Shown one piece after another: positions 1 to 9,076 of a stretch of DNA of 34,646 nucleotides (its first letter is position 1; each line of letters opens with the position of its first letter). The DNA is from an uncultured delta proteobacterium. GTDB taxonomy: Bacteria > Desulfobacterota > WTBG01 > CAIYCZ01. Made by a program: the position numbers and the translations under genes. The stretch lies in assembly GCA_963803975.1 (NCBI GenBank), contig CAWDOY010000007.1, positions 1 to 34,646 on the forward strand, written 5' to 3'. Below the pieces are notes generated by a model. That model did no database searches. It was not told where the DNA came from and saw only the letters and a program-made list of their open reading frames with translations.

Positions 1-25
1 CAAGCAAGTATTTTGCAGCAGCTGG

Positions 26-447
26 TTAGAGATTCTGCTGGACCCACGCAAGGAGCCGCTGCAAGTCCATGGCCCCTGAAATCCGGGCCTGCTCCTCCCC
101 GTTCTTAAAAAGCACCAGGGTGGGAATGCTCATGATGTTGAAGCGCGAAGCAGCCCTGCTCTTTTTCTGTGTTAACTTTTTCCAGCCTGACGTTCGGTGA
201 GCTGCCGGGCGGCCTGCAAAACCGGGGCCATCATCTCACGGCCCGCCCATGCCGCCCAGAAGTCAGCCAGCAGAGGGATGTCGCTGTACTGCAGTTGGCG
301 CTGGAACTTTTCAGCGTTCAGCTCCAGCGGCATGCCGCTGAATAGCTCGCGGTGACACATGCCGCACTTACCCTCTGCTGCAGGTTTGTCAGCCGGAACG
401 CGGTTTATTGCATCACACTGGGGACAGACTATCTGTAGAGATGACAT
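26..447 (-). CDS. trxC: Thioredoxin TrxC-type (Zn-ribbon + thioredoxin fold), frameshifted
   Basis: N-terminal CPQC...CGMC zinc ribbon and LADFWAAW. The downstream minus-strand frames give KVNTEKEQ...RFNIMSIPTLVLFKNGEEQARISGAM...WVQQNL* (stop 26-28). The WCGPC region is scrambled by indels. Confidence 0.85.
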
Positions 448-615
448 TTTCGCGCTTCACTGTTGCCCGTCAAATGTCTCTAAAATGTTGCAGCAATGCT
501 CTTTGCCTGCTCTTGTGTTATCTCCCGGTCTTCGTGCACCTGCCGGGGCATACCGGGGCCGGAGAGAGAGTATTACCTGCCAGCAGGCAATAGCTCTTTT
601 TTTCACATTGACCGG

Positions 616-947
616 CTATTTAATATCCACAATGGCTGTTCTGGTGGCACTCTGGTTCTTACTGTCAAAAACCATGACCTTGATTTCGTATTTACCGGGA
701 TTTTTATAGGTATGGCTGAAAGGGAAAAAATGATGCTTTTCCATCTCGCCGTCGCCCCATTCCCACTGGATGCGCTCGACAGGGACCCCCACCCCGCCGT
801 TCACCGTCACCTGCCGCCCCTTCACTTCCGGTGGATTCAGGCTGAACTGGGAAATCGACAAAGGCGCTGTCACCGGTACAGCCGCTGCAGAGAGAGATGG
901 TAGCAAGAGCAGCTCTCCATGGTTGTCGCTGCACGTAATGGTTTCAT
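616..947 (-). CDS. Small secreted PKD-domain protein (frameshift in signal region)
   Basis: WEWGDG...HTYKNPGKYEIKVMVFD is a PKD signature. The ATG at 947 has a GGAGGTG RBS but is out of frame with 616..906. Confidence 0.7.
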
Positions 948-1136
948 CTGTTCACACCTCCTACATACGACTAGTATCACGATACCTGGTGGTCTAAACT
1001 ATATATCCCCCGCTATCGTATGGTCAAAGTATGTGCAAAACGCAAAAACCGGGGTTTTGCGTTGCGGGTTTTAAGGGATGGGTTAGGATACGTACACCTT
1101 TTTGCTCAACGCAGTAACAGCCCCTGATGTAATTAT

Positions 1137-2070
1137 ATGTTACGTATCGGCACTATAGAAATAGCTTTTCCTGCATGCTTGCGCCGCTTGCCGGAGTCAG
1201 CGATCTGCCGTTCCGCCTGATCAACCGCAGGTTCGGCTGCGCGTTTGCGTTTACCGAAATGGTGAGCGCCCGCGCGCTCACCTATAATAATAAAAATACC
1301 CTGCATAAAATGCTTGCTACCGATCCGCTGACCGGCCGCTCGGGATTCACGCAACAACCGGGTACTGCGCGCTGCGCTTGACAAGCTCCGTGATCGTGAA
1401 TGTGAATATGCAATCATCGATTTTAATGCTGCCTGTCCGGTAACCAAAGTCACGGCCAAAACGAGGCGAAGCCTGCTCAGGGAACAAAAAAATTGAGTGA
1501 GCTTCTCAGGTGGTGGTCAATTATTCGTCTGTCCCGGTGACGGTGAAGATACGTTCCGGTGGGATGCCGCCGAGTAAACGCCCGTGACGTGGCACTCCAT
1601 GCCCAGGACGCGGGATCACGGCCTGTTCATCCACGGCAGAACAAGGAACAGGGGTATCAGGGAAGGGTTGATTATCAGGTAATTTATGAGGTGAAGAAAG
1701 CGCTGCGCATCCCGGTGATTGCCAGCGGTGATGCGCTCTCACCGCAGCTGGTAAAGAAGCTGTTTGATGAAACCGGGTGTGACGGCGTCGCCATTGCCGG
1801 GGGGCGCTTGGCAATCCGTGGCTTTTCAGGGACACGCAAGAGTTCCTGGAAACGGTTAATTCCCCGGCGGCCTGATATGCAGGAGATTGCAGATACCATG
1901 GCCCTCCTCGAATCTGTGTGTTGCTTCTCCAAACTCCGCTTTTCGTAATTTTTCAGTCTGTAGAGAACACTGCGTGGATCCGGGAGTTGTGCTGCAGGGC
2001 GTATCGGCCGAGACGGAAAGAGGGATGATTGCATGAAATCAGTGTATCCTGCTGGATTTCATCCGTAATT
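1137..2070 (+). CDS. dusB: tRNA-dihydrouridine synthase (DusB-like), multiple frameshifts; 3' end approximate
   Basis: LAPLAGVSDLPFR, AFTEMVSA, IDFNAACPVTKV, PVTVKIR and IPVIASGD...ETGCDGVAI motifs are spread over several frames. Confidence 0.85.
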
Positions 2071-2160
2071 CGAATGCCCGTCCCCCGGGAGGGCAGAAGC
2101 TGTTTCCCTTCTCCAATAATTTCCCGTACCCGCTTCTCCAGCACATCTTCACCAAGCAAA

Positions 2161-2198
2161 GAGGCAGGGCCATTGCTGGCCCTGCCTCATCTCTTTTA
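2161..2198. terminator. Likely bidirectional intrinsic terminator between convergent dusB and HU genes
   Basis: Perfect 12-bp stem GAGGCAGGGCCA-ttgc-TGGCCCTGCCTC, with AAA before it and CTCTTTT after it. Confidence 0.65.
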
Positions 2199-2233
2199 TT
2201 GCACTAGCCTGAAAATTGAGCAACCGGCCCTGG

Positions 2234-2533
2234 TTACTTTGCTCCCAGGATCGCATCCTTGCAGGCTTTAGCCACTCTGAACTTCACTACGGTCTTTGCC
2301 TTTATCTTAATCTCTTCACCGGTGGCGGGATTCCGTCCGATGCGCGCTTTCCGCTGCACCTTCACGAGTTTCCCGAAGCCGGGCAGCACAAAGGAGCCGC
2401 TCTCTTTGGCTTCCTTGTACGCAACTGCGGAGAGCACATCAATGAAGCTGTCATACCTCCTTCTAGTCATGTTGAGTTTTGCTGCGATTTCAGAAATAAG
2501 CTGTGATTTGGTGATGGGTTTTACTGTAGACAT
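2234..2533 (-). CDS. hup: HU/IHF family DNA-binding protein
   Basis: MSTVKPITKSQLI...GFGKL...RKARIGRNPATGEEIKIKAKTVVKFR; GGAGG RBS upstream of the ATG at 2533. Confidence 0.93.
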   Translation of the reverse strand: MSTVKPITKSQLISEIAAKLNMTRRRYDSFIDVLSAVAYKEAKESGSFVLPGFGKLVKVQRKARIGRNPATGEEIKIKAKTVVKFRVAKACKDAILGAK

Positions 2534-2918
2534 ACGTTGTTCCCTCCTGTAATTAGTGTTTATGAGTTCCCGGTTGCTGTCTGTATTGTATACCTGAATA
2601 TATACTACCTGAACATTACAGTACAGAAACTGCATTAACTTTTTTGTGTCTGTAATGTTTTTAGCCTTTCTCTCTATGCTTATAATAAAGAGCGGCCGGG
2701 AAATCAAGGGTAAAATAGCCTTCCGCACGCAATTTTAGCTGCAAAGTCTAAAATAGTAGTAGTATGAAAAACCATTAAGAGTCAAGAACTAATCTCCATT
2801 GATTGGCTGGCTCCCCAAAAGAGTTAGAACTACACATTTACCTCCTGCTGATATTGTGTTATAAAAATAATGGTTACGAAATTTAAAACCAGGTTATTTC
2901 TAACTGCCCTTAGTATCT

Positions 2919-3960
2919 ATGACTCTGAAAATTCTGTCCCCGTTAAGCCGTATTGATGAAGTGGAGCCGCTCATTGACGCAGGCGCTGATGAGTTTTACT
3001 GCGGCGTGCTGCCCGCGGAGTGGCGTGAAAAATACACGGTTGCCGCCTGTCTGAACCGCCGCCAGGAAGACAACGCGTTCATCAATACCAGCCCGCATAT
3101 GAGCTCTTTTGCAGACCTTGAGGAAGCTGTCAGGCGTTCCCATAAAAGAAGCATACCGGTTGTGCTCACCATAAATGAGCACTATTACAGCAGAAAGCAG
3201 TACCCCATCTCACAGAGTATATCGAAAGCAGGCGCTCAAAGTTGGCATTGATGCTTTTATCATCGGCGATCTGGGGACTTCTCTTCACCCTCCGGGAGAT
3301 GGGCTGACTGCACGCATCCACATCAGCACTGCCGGCACTGCCTTTAATGCCGAAACGGTCCATTTTTACCGCGATCTCGGCGCTTCGCGCGTTATCCTGC
3401 CCGGCATCTGTCGTTAGAGGAAATAGGCGGAATAGCGATAAGGTTTCCGGCGTTGAGCTTGAAACCTTTATCCTCAACTCCCGCTGCGCTAACGTTGACG
3501 GACTGTGCACGTTTCAGCACGGCCTGGCAGATCTGGTTGATGAGGAGAACCGAAAGTCCTATGAAAATGCCTGCATGCTGCTCTATGAGGTTTCTGCTGC
3601 CGTTGATGGGGTCTCCGATGAAGAAGCGGAAAAGATCCTGCAGGAAAAGATTTCCTGGGAGCGGCAGCATTTCTGGTCAGCCCTGCACATCGACGACCGG
3701 CCCTGCGGAGGCTGCGCGCTCCATGAATTTGAAGAGATGGGGCTTGCCGGCGTAAAAATTGTCGGCAGAGACAATGCGCCGGAAAAAAAATTAAAGGACG
3801 TGTTGTTTATCCGCCGGCTGCTTAACCGCCTGCGGGAAGGCAAGCCGCCGAAAAAGAGTTCCGCGAATACGCCCGCGCAATCTACCAGGAAGAGTATAAA
3901 TGGCCTTGCCTCATCTTTAAGTGTTACTACCCATCGGTGCTTATGGATGGGGAGACGTAA
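2919..3960 (+). CDS. Peptidase U32 family (Fe-S, hydroxylation-type) protein, frameshifted
   Basis: ILSPL...LIDAGADEFYCG, GIDAFIIGDLG, IHISTAG..FN, LGASRVILP, CANVDGLC, CGGCAL, GVKIVGR. The C-terminus in another frame reads WPCLIFKCYYPSVLMDGET* (3960). Confidence 0.85.
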
Positions 3961-5254
3961 CCGCCCTGCCGTGAAGAACCTTCTTCACCACCAGTCCCAC
4001 GGCAAGCACCCCGCAGGCACATACCAGCTCTGCCACCGCTACCTGTTTCATTAACCACACTGAAACAATACAGCCGGCCGCCGCTATTGCGCTGCCAAAC
4101 GGTATTTTAAAACCGCGATCAAGCCGGGGCTGCGTGCGCCGCAATATGATAACAGCACCGCAGGTTGAGAGATACTGGCAGATGACGGCAAGGTTACTGA
4201 GTATCACCAGCTGCTGAAAGTTGAGCACCAGCGCTGCGCAAAAGGTTATAGCGGTGGTCAGGATGATTGCCCCTGCCGGCGTATGAAAGCGCGGGTGGGG
4301 AACAAAAAGGCGCGCAGATAAAAACCCGTCTTCTGCCAGGGCCGATAAAAAGCGCGGGCTGCCGAGAGCGTTCCCTGCAGTATACCCGATCATGGAAACC
4401 AGCGCCCCGACCGCCATAATAAGAGCGCCCGCAGGCTTCATAAAAACCGCAGCAGCATCAGCCAGCGGTTTTTCTGTTGATGCCGCCAGGCCGGCAAACA
4501 CCCCCACTGACACTGCCTGCACCAGCACATAGAGTGCCGTTACACATAGTAATGAGCCGATGGTGGCAATGGGTACTGCCCGCTGCGGATTATCTGTTTC
4601 CCCGGCCGGAAGCGACGCTATTTCAAAGCCCTGCAGCGGCCACAGCGCCAGGAACACGGCATGGCCAAAGGTGCCGGTGCCTCTCCCCCAGAACGGATGA
4701 TAGTTTTCCCCTGAGACAAAGAAAATGCCGACGGCAATGAACAGCATCAGAGGAACCAGCTTTGCAATGGTGAACGTGTCAACCGTCCATGCCCCGAGTT
4801 TTATTCCCCGGTAGTTTAAAATCCCGAGCACCAGCACTAAACTGCAGGCTATGCACTTTCCCACAACGAGCGTATTAAAAACCGGGTCGAAATAACCGGC
4901 ATATGCGCTTACGGCATTGGCAACTGCTGCCCAGCTGAATATCGCCGTCACCCAGGACATCCATCCCACGGCAAAGCCGACATCACGGCCAAAGGCTTCC
5001 CGGGCATACACGTACGAGCCGCCATTGCACTTATAGATGCTGCCAAGCTCTGCATAGCAGAGCGCAACAAAAGTTAATAAAATTCCGCAGCTAAAAAATA
5101 CCGCAATAGAGGCAGGCCCTGCCTCCCGTGCCAGCAGCCCGGGGAACAGAAAGATACCGGAACCTATGATGGCATTGACGCCAAGGCAGAAGACATCAAA
5201 GCTGCTCAGTTTTTTTACATTGGCTGGCGAGGGCATGTTGGAATAAGCCTCCAT
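3941..5254 (-). CDS. APC family amino acid/polyamine permease
   Basis: GVNAIIGSGIF, YAELGS..GGSYVYAREAFG, GFE and RFHTP motifs; about 12 hydrophobic segments. Confidence 0.93.
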   Translation of the reverse strand: MEAYSNMPSPANVKKLSSFDVFCLGVNAIIGSGIFLFPGLLAREAGPASIAVFFSCGILLTFVALCYAELGSIYKCNGGSYVYAREAFGRDVGFAVGWMSWVTAIFSWAAVANAVSAYAGYFDPVFNTLVVGKCIACSLVLVLGILNYRGIKLGAWTVDTFTIAKLVPLMLFIAVGIFFVSGENYHPFWGRGTGTFGHAVFLALWPLQGFEIASLPAGETDNPQRAVPIATIGSLLCVTALYVLVQAVSVGVFAGLAASTEKPLADAAAVFMKPAGALIMAVGALVSMIGYTAGNALGSPRFLSALAEDGFLSARLFVPHPRFHTPAGAIILTTAITFCAALVLNFQQLVILSNLAVICQYLSTCGAVIILRRTQPRLDRGFKIPFGSAIAAAGCIVSVWLMKQVAVAELVCACGVLAVGLVVKKVLHGRAVTSPHP

Positions 5255-5624
5255 GGAACTGCCTGCGCATATCTTGCAATATGTGCAAGCAAATTGGGCC
5301 GGGCGCTCACAAAACTGGTGTTGCTGCGCATGTCAATAGCGGGAAGGTGTCTTTAATCGTCTTATGAACGGCCCGGTGAGCCATTGAGCGCTCAAGATGC
5401 GATTTTAAAATAGTACAAACCTGTTGACTATTTTTTTACAAAAGTCAGGATTATAGCTGAATGTAAAAAAAATTACTCTTTTAGTGAAAAAAGTGATACT
5501 TTTTTCTTGACAGGGAAAACAATATGAAGTAGGGAATAGCAAAAAAAATAGTAAATGACCACTAATAAAGACAAAAAAAATGTTGTAGGCAGCCTGCATA
5601 CATATCCCGGAGGAGTAATACACC

Positions 5625-6977
5625 ATGAAGAAAAGCCACTTCACCAGTGATGCTGATGTAGAACCTCCCAGCCAAGAATCTGAGCCTCCTGGCAGGATGC
5701 GACGCCTCGCGAAATTATCTCTTGCAAAACAACCCATAAGCCCGCCCCGTTGTACTCAGCCGTTTCTTTTACCTCAGCCTGAACAATCATCCCCGCTTGC
5801 TGCCCATCCGGTGCGTTCTTTAATCAGTTTCAAGATAAGCTCCCGGTCACGATCTTTTTATAAATGCTTCTATCCGCATATAACCAGCGCTGAGTGGAAC
5901 GACTGGCACTGGCAGCTCTGCAACCGCATTACCGATATGCCGGGCCTGTCCCGTTTTATAATGATTTCCGAGAATGAGAGCAAAGCGCTGACCCATCATG
6001 CAGGGCAGCTTCCGGTCAGCATCACGCCCTATTATGCAAGCCTTATCGACAGCATCGATGTAACGCACCCGGTGCGCCGCACGGTGGTGCCGGCGTATGA
6101 TGAATTCATACCGTCTCCCGGGGAATCCAGCGACCCGCTCGCAGAAGACCGGGACAGCCCGGCGCCGGGCATTGTGCACCGCTATCCTGACCGGGCGCTG
6201 TTTCTGGTGACCGGCTTCTGTTTCACCCACTGCCGCTACTGCACGCGCTCCCGCATCGTGGGAAATGAAACAAAAGACTGCTACATGCAGGAGCATTGGG
6301 AGCAGGCCCTTGCCTATATTGAGGCACATCCGGCCATACGCGATGTGCTGCTGTCAGGCGGTGATCCGCTGACCCTTGAAGATGAAAGCCTGGAGTGGCT
6401 GCTGTCCCGGCTGCGGCGCATCCCCCATGTAGAGTTCATCCGTATCGGCACCAAAGCGCCGATGGTGCTGCCGCAGCGCATCACCTCTTCCCTTACCCGC
6501 CTGCTCAAGCGTTTTCATCCGCTGTGGCTGAGCATCCATGTCACCCATCCCGAGGAACTGACACCGGAGGCGAGCCAGGCCTGCGGCCGCCTGGCAGATG
6601 CGGGAATTCCGCTGGGCAGCCAGACCGTGCTCCTTGCCGGCGTTAATGACAGCATAGCGACAATGCAAGAGCTGGTACACGGGCTGTTGCGCATCCGGGT
6701 GAAACCGTATTATCTCTACCAGTGTGACCCCATTCACGGCTCTGCCCACTTCCGCACCCCCGTGGAAAAAGGCCTCGAGATTATTCAGGGCCTGCGCGGA
6801 CACACGACCGGCTATGCAGTGCCCACCTTTGTGGTTGACGCACCGGGCGGCGGCGGCAAAATTCCTCTTGTTCCTGATTATGTGGTGGGGCGTGATGGAG
6901 AAGATCTGCTGCTTAAAAACTACGCGGGCATTACCTACCGCTATCCGGACCCGGGCGGTACGGTGGGCCTGAAATAG
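5625..6977 (+). CDS. kamA: KamA family radical SAM/PLP 2,3-aminomutase (lysine 2,3-aminomutase-like)
   Basis: WNDWHWQL, HRYPDR, CFTHCRYCTR (CxxxCxxC), LLSGGDPL, YLYQCD, and VVDAPGGGGK (PLP lysine). Confidence 0.93.
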   Translation: MKKSHFTSDADVEPPSQESEPPGRMRRLAKLSLAKQPISPPRCTQPFLLPQPEQSSPLAAHPVRSLISFKISSRSRSFYKCFYPHITSAEWNDWHWQLCNRITDMPGLSRFIMISENESKALTHHAGQLPVSITPYYASLIDSIDVTHPVRRTVVPAYDEFIPSPGESSDPLAEDRDSPAPGIVHRYPDRALFLVTGFCFTHCRYCTRSRIVGNETKDCYMQEHWEQALAYIEAHPAIRDVLLSGGDPLTLEDESLEWLLSRLRRIPHVEFIRIGTKAPMVLPQRITSSLTRLLKRFHPLWLSIHVTHPEELTPEASQACGRLADAGIPLGSQTVLLAGVNDSIATMQELVHGLLRIRVKPYYLYQCDPIHGSAHFRTPVEKGLEIIQGLRGHTTGYAVPTFVVDAPGGGGKIPLVPDYVVGRDGEDLLLKNYAGITYRYPDPGGTVGLK

Positions 6978-7026
6978 CCGCGGAAAACGCAGCGCTGACA
7001 CTTTGAAAAGAAAATTACCATTGCGC

Positions 7027-8088
7027 ATGAAAATTGGCATCACGTATGATCTGAGGGACGATTACCTCGCCTTAGGGTACAGCGAAGAAGAGACGGCAGA
7101 ATTTGATAAGCCGGAAACCATAGCTGCCCTTGAGCAGGCGCTGCAGTCTCTGGGATATGAGACCGCGCGCATCGGCAATGTCCGGAGCCTGGTACAGCGC
7201 TTGTCCTGCGGCGACCGATGGGATCTGGTATTTAATATTGCCGAAGGCCTGCGAGGATTCGGCCGTGAGGCCGTGGTGCCGGCACTGCTTGAGGCCTACC
7301 ATATCCCCTGCACGTTTTCTGATGCGCTGGTTCTCTCCCTCACGCTGCACAAGGGCATGACCAAGCATGTAATCCGCGACCTCGGCATACCGACGCCTGA
7401 CTTTGCGGTGATAGAGACTGCGGCAGACATTGAAACCGCGGCTATTGCCTTTCCGGTGTTTGCCAAGCCGGTTGCTGAAGGAACCGGCAAGGGCATCTCC
7501 GCGGCATCAAAGATCAGCACCAGGGAGAGCCTGGAAAGCGTCTGCCGAAAGCTTCTGGACCGATACCAGCAGCCGGTTCTCGTTGAGACCTTTCTGCCGG
7601 GACGGGAGTTCACGATCGGCATTGTCGGCACCGGTGCCGATGCCAGTGCTCTTGGGGTTATGGAAGTTATGCTGAATCCGGCCGCGGAACCTGATGTATA
7701 TTCGTATATGAACAAGGAGCTGTACGAGGAGCGCGTTTGCTACCGGCTGGCAGATGATGAAATGGCACGGCAGGCCCGTGAGGTAGCGCTTGCTTCCTGG
7801 CGCGGGCTCGGGTGCAGGGACGGGGGACGCGTGGACCTGCGGGCAGACAGTTTCGGCAGGCCGAATTTTATAGAAGTAAATCCGCTGGCTGGCTTGAACC
7901 CCGTGCACTCGGACCTTCCCATCCTCTGCCGCCTGGCGGGCATACCCTATCATGAACTGATCGATATGATCGTGACATCAGCCCGGGAGCGCATCGGCAA
8001 TGCGCACACCTCTGCCCTGCTGCACCGGCGGCACGCCGATGAAGACATTATTCAGGCCTGCCGTGTCTCCGAGGGTACTGCCCGGTAA
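7027..8088 (+). CDS. ATP-grasp ligase, D-Ala-D-Ala ligase-like (copy 1)
   Basis: VFNIAEG, FAKPVAEGTGKGI, LVETFLPGREFT, GRVDLR, FIEVNPLAGL. Lacks the canonical Ddl N-terminal GGxSxE motif. Confidence 0.88.
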   Translation: MKIGITYDLRDDYLALGYSEEETAEFDKPETIAALEQALQSLGYETARIGNVRSLVQRLSCGDRWDLVFNIAEGLRGFGREAVVPALLEAYHIPCTFSDALVLSLTLHKGMTKHVIRDLGIPTPDFAVIETAADIETAAIAFPVFAKPVAEGTGKGISAASKISTRESLESVCRKLLDRYQQPVLVETFLPGREFTIGIVGTGADASALGVMEVMLNPAAEPDVYSYMNKELYEERVCYRLADDEMARQAREVALASWRGLGCRDGGRVDLRADSFGRPNFIEVNPLAGLNPVHSDLPILCRLAGIPYHELIDMIVTSARERIGNAHTSALLHRRHADEDIIQACRVSEGTAR

Positions 8089-8089
8089 C

Positions 8090-9076
8090 ATGAAAATAGT
8101 CATCCTTCACGCCCTGATTCCTGAAGGCGCCGATACGGAAGAACTGGACACCCTGGTCCAGGTTGAAGCGGTCCTGCGCGCACTGGCCGGGCTGGGACAT
8201 GACGTGCGCGCCCTCCCCTTCTCCCTCGACCTCCAGGCAGCAGCGCAGTCACTGCAGGCGCTCTCCCCTGATCTTGTTTTCAATCTCGTGGAAGGCATTA
8301 ATGGACAGGGCCGGCTGATTCATCTGTCCCCCGCGCTGCTTGACTATCTGCATATTCCCTACACCGGAGCGCCGGCCGACGCCATGTACCTCACTTCAAA
8401 CAAGCTTCTTGCCAAGCGCCTCCTGAGAGACCGGGGCATTCCCACGCCGCACTGGCTTGCGGATGGCGCGCTTGAGGAACAGGCCACCTTTAGTGGCAGC
8501 GCTTTTATTATTAAAGCCGTGTGGGAGCATGCATCTGTTGGTCTTGATGAGGATTCGATCATCACCCCCATTGACCGGAAGCATTTGAACAGAGAAATTG
8601 CGCAGCGGCAGCACGACTGGAACCGGGAGTTTTTTGCCGAGCGCTATATTGACGGCCGGGAATTCAACCTGTCTCTTCTTGCCAGTGACCGCGGGCCCGA
8701 AGTCCTGCCGCCGGCAGAGATTAAATTCGTCGACTATCCTTCCGGGAAGAAGCGAGTGGTCGGCTACCGGGCCAAATGGGATGAGGCGTCATTTGAATAT
8801 CAGCACACGCAGCGCTGTTTCTCCTTCCCTGAAGAAGACCGGCCCCTGCTTGACAAGATCAGCGCGCTCGCTGAAAAATGCTGGCAGGTATTCGGCCTGC
8901 GCGGCTACGCCCGGGTTGATTTCAGGGTGGATGGAACGGGCGCTCCCTTTGTGCTTGAGGTCAATGCGAACCCCTGCATCGCGCCGGACAGCGGCTTTGT
9001 GGCCGCGGCAGCAAGGGCAGGGATTGATTTTACTCGGGCGGTTGAACGGATACTGAAGGACACGATGAGAACATGA
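8090..9076 (+). CDS. ATP-grasp ligase, D-Ala-D-Ala ligase-like (copy 2)
   Basis: VFNLVEG, IPYTGA, IIKAVWEHASVGL, ERYIDGREFN, YRAKW, GYARVDFR, LEVNANP. ATG lies 1 nt after the previous stop. Confidence 0.88.
   Translation: MKIVILHALIPEGADTEELDTLVQVEAVLRALAGLGHDVRALPFSLDLQAAAQSLQALSPDLVFNLVEGINGQGRLIHLSPALLDYLHIPYTGAPADAMYLTSNKLLAKRLLRDRGIPTPHWLADGALEEQATFSGSAFIIKAVWEHASVGLDEDSIITPIDRKHLNREIAQRQHDWNREFFAERYIDGREFNLSLLASDRGPEVLPPAEIKFVDYPSGKKRVVGYRAKWDEASFEYQHTQRCFSFPEEDRPLLDKISALAEKCWQVFGLRGYARVDFRVDGTGAPFVLEVNANPCIAPDSGFVAAAARAGIDFTRAVERILKDTMRT

Noticed and set aside
172..260. Thioredoxin lacking its active-site cysteines
   Set aside because: The region carries indels, so loss of WCGPC is most likely sequence error.
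5625..6977. EpmB or AblA identity for the KamA protein
   Set aside because: No efp/epmA or ablB acetyltransferase nearby; the APGGGGK motif is KamA-type and the context is ATP-grasp ligases.
7027..9076. Housekeeping ddl or van-type ligases
   Set aside because: They lack the N-terminal GGxSxE motif and have no mur/van context.
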